A stretch of 61,947 nt of DNA, filler included. It is 5 parts of 5 records of this genome, joined end to end, with 100 filler letters (N's around TTAATTAATTAA, not from the genome) between each part and the next. Parts side by side here need not be neighbours in the genome. Positions count along the whole stretch, not along the records: positions 56,767 to 61,947 come from SRR2962707_1772; 4 more parts are not named here. One strand, 5' to 3'. The translations under genes and the position numbers were made by a program. Positions 57,058 to 61,947 of the stretch are shown in pieces. Within the stretch, counting starts at the first letter, position 1; each line of letters starts with the position of its first letter. The notes beneath the pieces are model-generated. The model was not told the DNA's origin. It saw only the letters and a program-made list of their open reading frames with translations, and ran no database searches.

Positions 57058-60000
57058 ATGGACTCCAGCCCTGGTATTGTTGCGAGACGCCGCTGTGCGT
57101 CATTTATTCTGGAGGATACTCCAGGGTTGCTCCGCTCCTCACCGAGTAGCCCGGGGCGCGCGTCAAAAAACGCGGGGCTTTCACCGCGCTCCCCTCTGAC
57201 GCCCCTGACGAATAACAACTCTCCGCGGGATAGTCCGAGCAAAGCGTCCCCAATATCCATCAAGTCAATCGCTAAAGAAGGACCCGGAAGTGGCACCAAG
57301 AATCTCCGTCGAAAGAGCCTGCTCAACCGTCGATTCAGCTCGGCGAGCGAACCCGGGGCAAGCAACATTGCGGTCAAGATTGACGACGATGCAAGCCCAA
57401 CTCAGTGTGGCAATGTTGTTGTGGAGTCTGTGAATGCTGCAAATCCAGCGAGTGCAACCAAGGCCGCAGATTCAAACGATTGCTCGAACGGATCGTCCTC
57501 TAGTGCGCTCTCGAACGCTTCAAGCGGGGCAAAGTCCCCGGCATCTCCGCGGCGGCGTTCACCTGCAATCCCTCGCCGCATGAAGAATGTCAGCCCTGCC
57601 GATGTGGCAAACTTGCGCAATATTTTGGCGCGATCACCTTTCTCTGCCAACAAAAAGAACAACTTTGCCGTCCCCGCCAGCAAGGTGGCGAGCCTACGAC
57701 GGAATTTGCTGCGGAAGCAATTCAGTCAGCAGACTTCAACGCCACAAGAAACTCGAAATCATGAACGGCATCAACAGAGCTCGCACGAACAAAACAAAAT
57801 GGACCTGAAACAAAACCAAGACGCAGAACAAGTGAAACGCTCGCCACTGCAATGGAAATCCCCGTCTCTGCGGCGAGTTTTGCACTCCCCGGACTTGACA
57901 AACAGTGCCTCGTCAACACCTGATTCTGTTGGTGCCCGGACAAGTCGATGCTCGATGCCGTCGTCTTCACCACTTTTCGACAGCGTGTCACCAGTGCTCG
58001 AAGATCCCCGGAGAATTGTCTGCGATCGATTAGTCAAGAGCAACTCACACACTGACACGCCAAGTCCAACGGCATCGGCTCGAATTGCTCATTCATTGAG
58101 TGCGGACAGCGTTCTCTCATCCTTCAAAAGCCTGCCAAACTTTGGTTTCGAGATGGACCCAAATCTGAGTCCTGAGGAGCACAAGAGTTTCATGACTGAA
58201 ATCGTTGACTCTGATGGGCAATGCCAGCGCGCGTGGGGTACCTACCTGCTTCAAATGGAAAATAGTCACTGCCGTACAAATGGTACGCCCGTGTCCGAAA
58301 GCCATGGAGCTCTCTCGGGCGATTCGGGCCCGACTACAAAGGGCGCATCCATGCCAGCAGTTCCGTCTTCACCTGCATCCCGTGTGCACATTACAGCAGA
58401 CTCTATCAGCAACCTTTCACGGTCGGATGCGTGGGTCGATACGCTGGTGAAATCTGTTGGCGTTCCGTCCACAGTTCGCGGAAAAGTATGGTTACGATGG
58501 AGCGGAGCACTTGCCAAGCGTCGTGCCCACAGACCAGATTACTACGAGTGTCTTGTGAATCAAATCAAAGAAGAGAAAGTGTAAGTCTTTCCAGCTGATG
58601 TGGACGCTGGTTTGAGTCTCGTCATCTTGTGCTTGTTGTCATGGTGCCCAGCTTGCCATTATGTTCATCCCTTTCCTATTGTCAAATTGCTTGTGCGCTT
58701 TTGTAGTCACGAGCACTTCACCATCGAGGTAGATCTCCTGCGCACATGTCCAGACCACTGGTTCTTTTCCAAGGCATCCGAGTTTGCCGAACGCTTTCCA
58801 CACCGCTCATTTAATAAACAAGCAGCTGGTGGGGGATTGGTGATACTTCAGCGTATTCTCACAGCTTACGCACTTCGAAACACGTCCATTGGATACGTGC
58901 AGGGAATGAACTACCTTGCGGCGTTTCTTCTGCTGGTCACTGGCGATGAGGTGGATACATTCTGGTTGTTCACCACTCTGTTGGAGGATATATTCCCCGG
59001 TTATTTTGGGCAGGGACTGAAAGGATTTCAGCTTGACTCACAAGTTATGCAAAATTACCTTGCGGAATCCCTTCCGGAGATGTGTGCGGCCATGCATGCA
59101 ACGAACATTCCCATCGACTTTGTCATTCCAAAATGGTTTCTTTGCCTGTACTTCAACACCTTTCACCCGTAAGTGATGTTGCACTGTACTCAATTTTTCG
59201 TTTGGGTCTGGAAGGTGCGATGCCATGCTAACTTACCATTTGCGATATTTGTAATTTCCTAAAATTGGCTAGGTATCAAGTGGCACGGGTGTGGGACTCG
59301 ATCTTTTTTGCCCCTCATGCCGCCAAGGTGACGGTGATTCAGATGGGAATGGGTATCATGTCCTTAAAGGAAAAACCTATCACTCAAGCGGCTGCGGAAG
59401 ACGATGTTGGACAACTCAGCAGAACGTTGCAGGACATTGCTGATTGCCGCGCTGGTTTTAGGGACATTCTTCAATGTGCCCAAGGACGCTATGGTTGTAT
59501 CAATGCGAGCGCATTGGAAGGAATGCGTGTCAGGGCAGCTGTTGATTTAGCCAATGTCAAGGCCAAACGGGAAGCTTTTCTGCGCACGCAACGCGACAAA
59601 CTAGAGGCCATGGAGAAGCAGCAAGCAACACCCGCACACCGTGCTTCTACTGCACAAGAAGATGCATTTACCAACAGTCCCCATTCCAAGAGAAAAGTTG
59701 ATGGCATGATGTCACCAGCTACAGATCGAGGATGGGTGAAGGTCACGAGTAGTGCTGCTTCAAGTCGCAGCGAATCAACCGAGTCGAACGAAGATGTCAG
59801 GGCAGGAGCTGGACCCAAGGCATCACCCATTCCCGTTGATCGTGAATCCCAGTTTGACCAGTACAACCGACGCATTGGAGCCGACAACCCCCGACATAAT
59901 CGACAACCTGGGGATGAAAGTATGCGAACAGCGTGTGCACTGATGGGCTTTGCAGTTGATGGTAGGAGGAGGCATCAATCGATCGTTTTGCATGCATGGA

Positions 60001-60576
60001 GGATTTGTGAGTGATGGTTGCCGTTGGGTATCCCGTACTCATCCATGCGACTGCCACGACTGTTTTTTCACAGAGTTTGGAATCGCAACTAAGGACTCGC
60101 ATTTCACGGGCAAACCAGTGATCTCTGCGTCAGTGTTCCGGCACCTTCAATCAGTGCCAGTGGTCGTTGCTGACAGTCCACCTGTAGCGCAGGGGAAGAA
60201 ATCGCAGCACCGCAATGTATTTTCAGCCATTCAGAAGGCATGTGGATCCCCAAGGCCGGGCCGCAGTGGCACAAAGCATGCCAAAACACCGCGATCGTAC
60301 AGCTCCATGACAGGCCATGGCTTAATGGCGGATGCCCAACGGGAAGGACCCACAGCTGAATTATCGCCTGTGGGCATTGAGGTTAGTTTGGACTTGTTGC
60401 GTTTGATATTTCCTCTCCGGGCAGTCCGAGGCAGAGTTTGCTAATGTTTGTGACCTGAAACTGTGTATTTGTCGTAGCTCACTCCAACACCAACGCATTC
60501 TCGAGCAAGGGGATTCCGCTTTCGTGAGGAAGTTCAATCATCTGCTTCGGCAGTTGCGCAGGACCGTGCACCATAA
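57058..60576 (+). CDS. Eukaryotic TBC-domain Rab GTPase-activating protein (5 exons)
   Basis: Exons 57058-58580, 58707-59168, 59273-59961, 60074-60381, 60478-60576 join in frame via GT-AG introns; motifs GVPSTVRGKVW, IEVDLLRT (Arg finger), GYVQGMNYLA (Gln finger), KWFLCLY, RVWD; long Ser/Pro-rich N-terminus. Confidence 0.9.
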
Positions 60577-60772
60577 ACACACTTTGGCAAAGCAGGCCAC
60601 AGCGTTGACAAGCTGCCAAAATAAAATATCTAATAATTGAACCACAAACATGCTCCAAGAGTGGCCCGCGCCATCATACGAGGGTGATTCGAGGCTTCGC
60701 CGTTCACATGTGGCATCACACTTGCCGTATGCAAGATCACTTTGATGGGCGCAGATGACACCAGCCCGCTTG

Positions 60773-61877
60773 TCATGCACGGGGTCGCTTTTGCGGCGCG
60801 CCTTCATCATCAGATTGCGCAGAGAGTTTGCGGCTGGCACTTGCGACACTCTCTTGCTTGTGCGCGCCTTGCACTTCGGTAGCAGCTTCAGCGTCTGCCA
60901 ATGCAGCAGCCACCGCAGCTCGCGCTTTTTCGCCTGCTTGGGCTTCTGCGTCGTCCTTGGTGCCTGCGCTGCAGGCTGCCAGGAGTGTTTGGCCGATGGG
61001 GAAGCGGTTCGCTTTGCCACGGACAACGACAGACACGGTATCCTGGCCATCCTCAAAGCCACCAACGTCCAACTCAATTTCGTGGCTTGCCTACCAACAC
61101 GCACAACAACAGCAATCAGTAAGCTGGACGCGCTTCGACAATTACGCATGTCTTGTCTTGAAAGGAACAACACGGGCGGTGAACATTTCCGCCACATCGA
61201 CGAACCTTGTCAAGCACCAAACACAAGTACCTCCGCAATTCGGCATTCACGGCCTCCTCTTCCGATCCCGGTGGGCACTCCAAATCAATGAAGACTGCTT
61301 CGTCGTTGAGTTTGCGAACACATGAGCGGTCGCTGCCAGTTTGAGGTCGAATCACCAGTCGCACAGTTTCCGGCTCCCGTCCGTTCTGGACTGACTTTGG
61401 CACCAGTGTGTTGGACACAACGCCCGTCGAGAGCTCGTCGGAGCCTTCAACGTGCAGGACGGTAGCTTTCTGTGTGAGTGAGTCTTCGCATATGTAGATG
61501 TACTTGGCTGCAGACACCTTGGGCGTGGATCTGTAGGCAACGAACAAGTTGCAGCCGGGGCACAGCATTCGGTACTGCGTTTCGATTCCTTTGGGTCGCT
61601 TGATGCGCTTCTTCTCGCCTTCCGCCAGCCTCTGTTTCAAGACGTGTTTTTTCGCCACCGCAGTGCTCCCGTCCGTGCTTCTTTTTGGGAGCACTTCCAG
61701 CTTTTCGTTGAGAATGGCGCAGAAGTGGCCACAGTAGCAGCAATTGTAGCGCTCGAGCCCTTCGTACACGTCTTTGACGACCGTGCTGGCCAACTCGTTC
61801 TCTGTGAATCGTGCCCGAGACTTGGCATACTGGTCGTTGGATTTCAGGAAGTCTGTGAGCGGGCGTGCCTCGCTCAT
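60773..61877 (-). CDS. STEEP1/CXorf56-like protein fused to a DUF167 (UPF0235)-like domain (2 exons)
   Basis: Exons 61877-61206 and 61090-60773 (phase-0 GT-AG intron 61205-61091); YNCCYCGHF, LPKRSTDGS, GIETQYRMLCPGCNLFVAY, YIYI; then VRLVIRP...VNAELRRYL; basic C-terminus KRPRA. Confidence 0.8.
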
Positions 61878-61918
61878 CGCGCGAACGTCGTCAACTTTCC
61901 CACCTGCTGCTCGTTCCA

Positions 61919-61947
61919 AACACACACACACAAAGCACACACACAAA
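61919..61947. repeat. (CA)n microsatellite at the window end
   Basis: ACACACACACAC AAAG CACACACAC. Confidence 0.8.

Noticed and set aside
60538-61325. Several overlapping 165-219-aa ORFs on both strands
   Set aside because: They are explained as shadow frames of exon 2 and the intron of the STEEP1-like gene in GC-rich DNA

Overview
This window is not one continuous genome segment. It is five unrelated contigs joined by four identical 100-nt artificial linkers (44 N + TTAATTAATTAA + 44 N). (1) 1-6382: eukaryotic (protist-like) DNA carrying the 3' part of a large coiled-coil gene on the minus strand with ~18 short spliceosomal introns, two apparently GC-AG; its C-terminal half resembles the ciliary protein FBF1. 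(2) 6483-18475: low-GC Bacteroidota (Flavobacteriaceae-like) ICE cargo region with a partial excisionase-type HTH gene, rteC, a decayed group II intron 3' end, and stacked regulator+SDR/hydrolase modules with visible operators and pseudogene scars. (3) 18576-30342: Cytophagales-like contig with MOSC, glnS and PadR-ABC permease. It also holds a ~6 kb block bracketed by two 54-codon Lacal_2735-like small genes (one with a nonsense codon), in which two convergent, apparently leaderless transcription units share a twin ACTAT-N4-ATAGT operator. (4) 30443-56666: Cytophagales-like T9SS adhesin locus (PorP/SprF-SPOR fusion, FG-GAP type-B-CTD protein, ~5,160-aa SprB-like adhesin with a Bap1/RbmC-like propeller tip, second PorP/SprF), followed by housekeeping genes (holin-like, gamma-CA, miaB, sigma54-type regulator, lptE). 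(5) 56767-61947: eukaryotic contig with a 5-exon TBC/Rab-GAP gene and a convergent 2-exon STEEP1-DUF167 gene. The best candidates for undescribed biology are the twin-operator envelope-enzyme regulon and the SPOR-fused SprF/dual-adhesin locus. All family calls come from motif recognition by eye; no searches were run.
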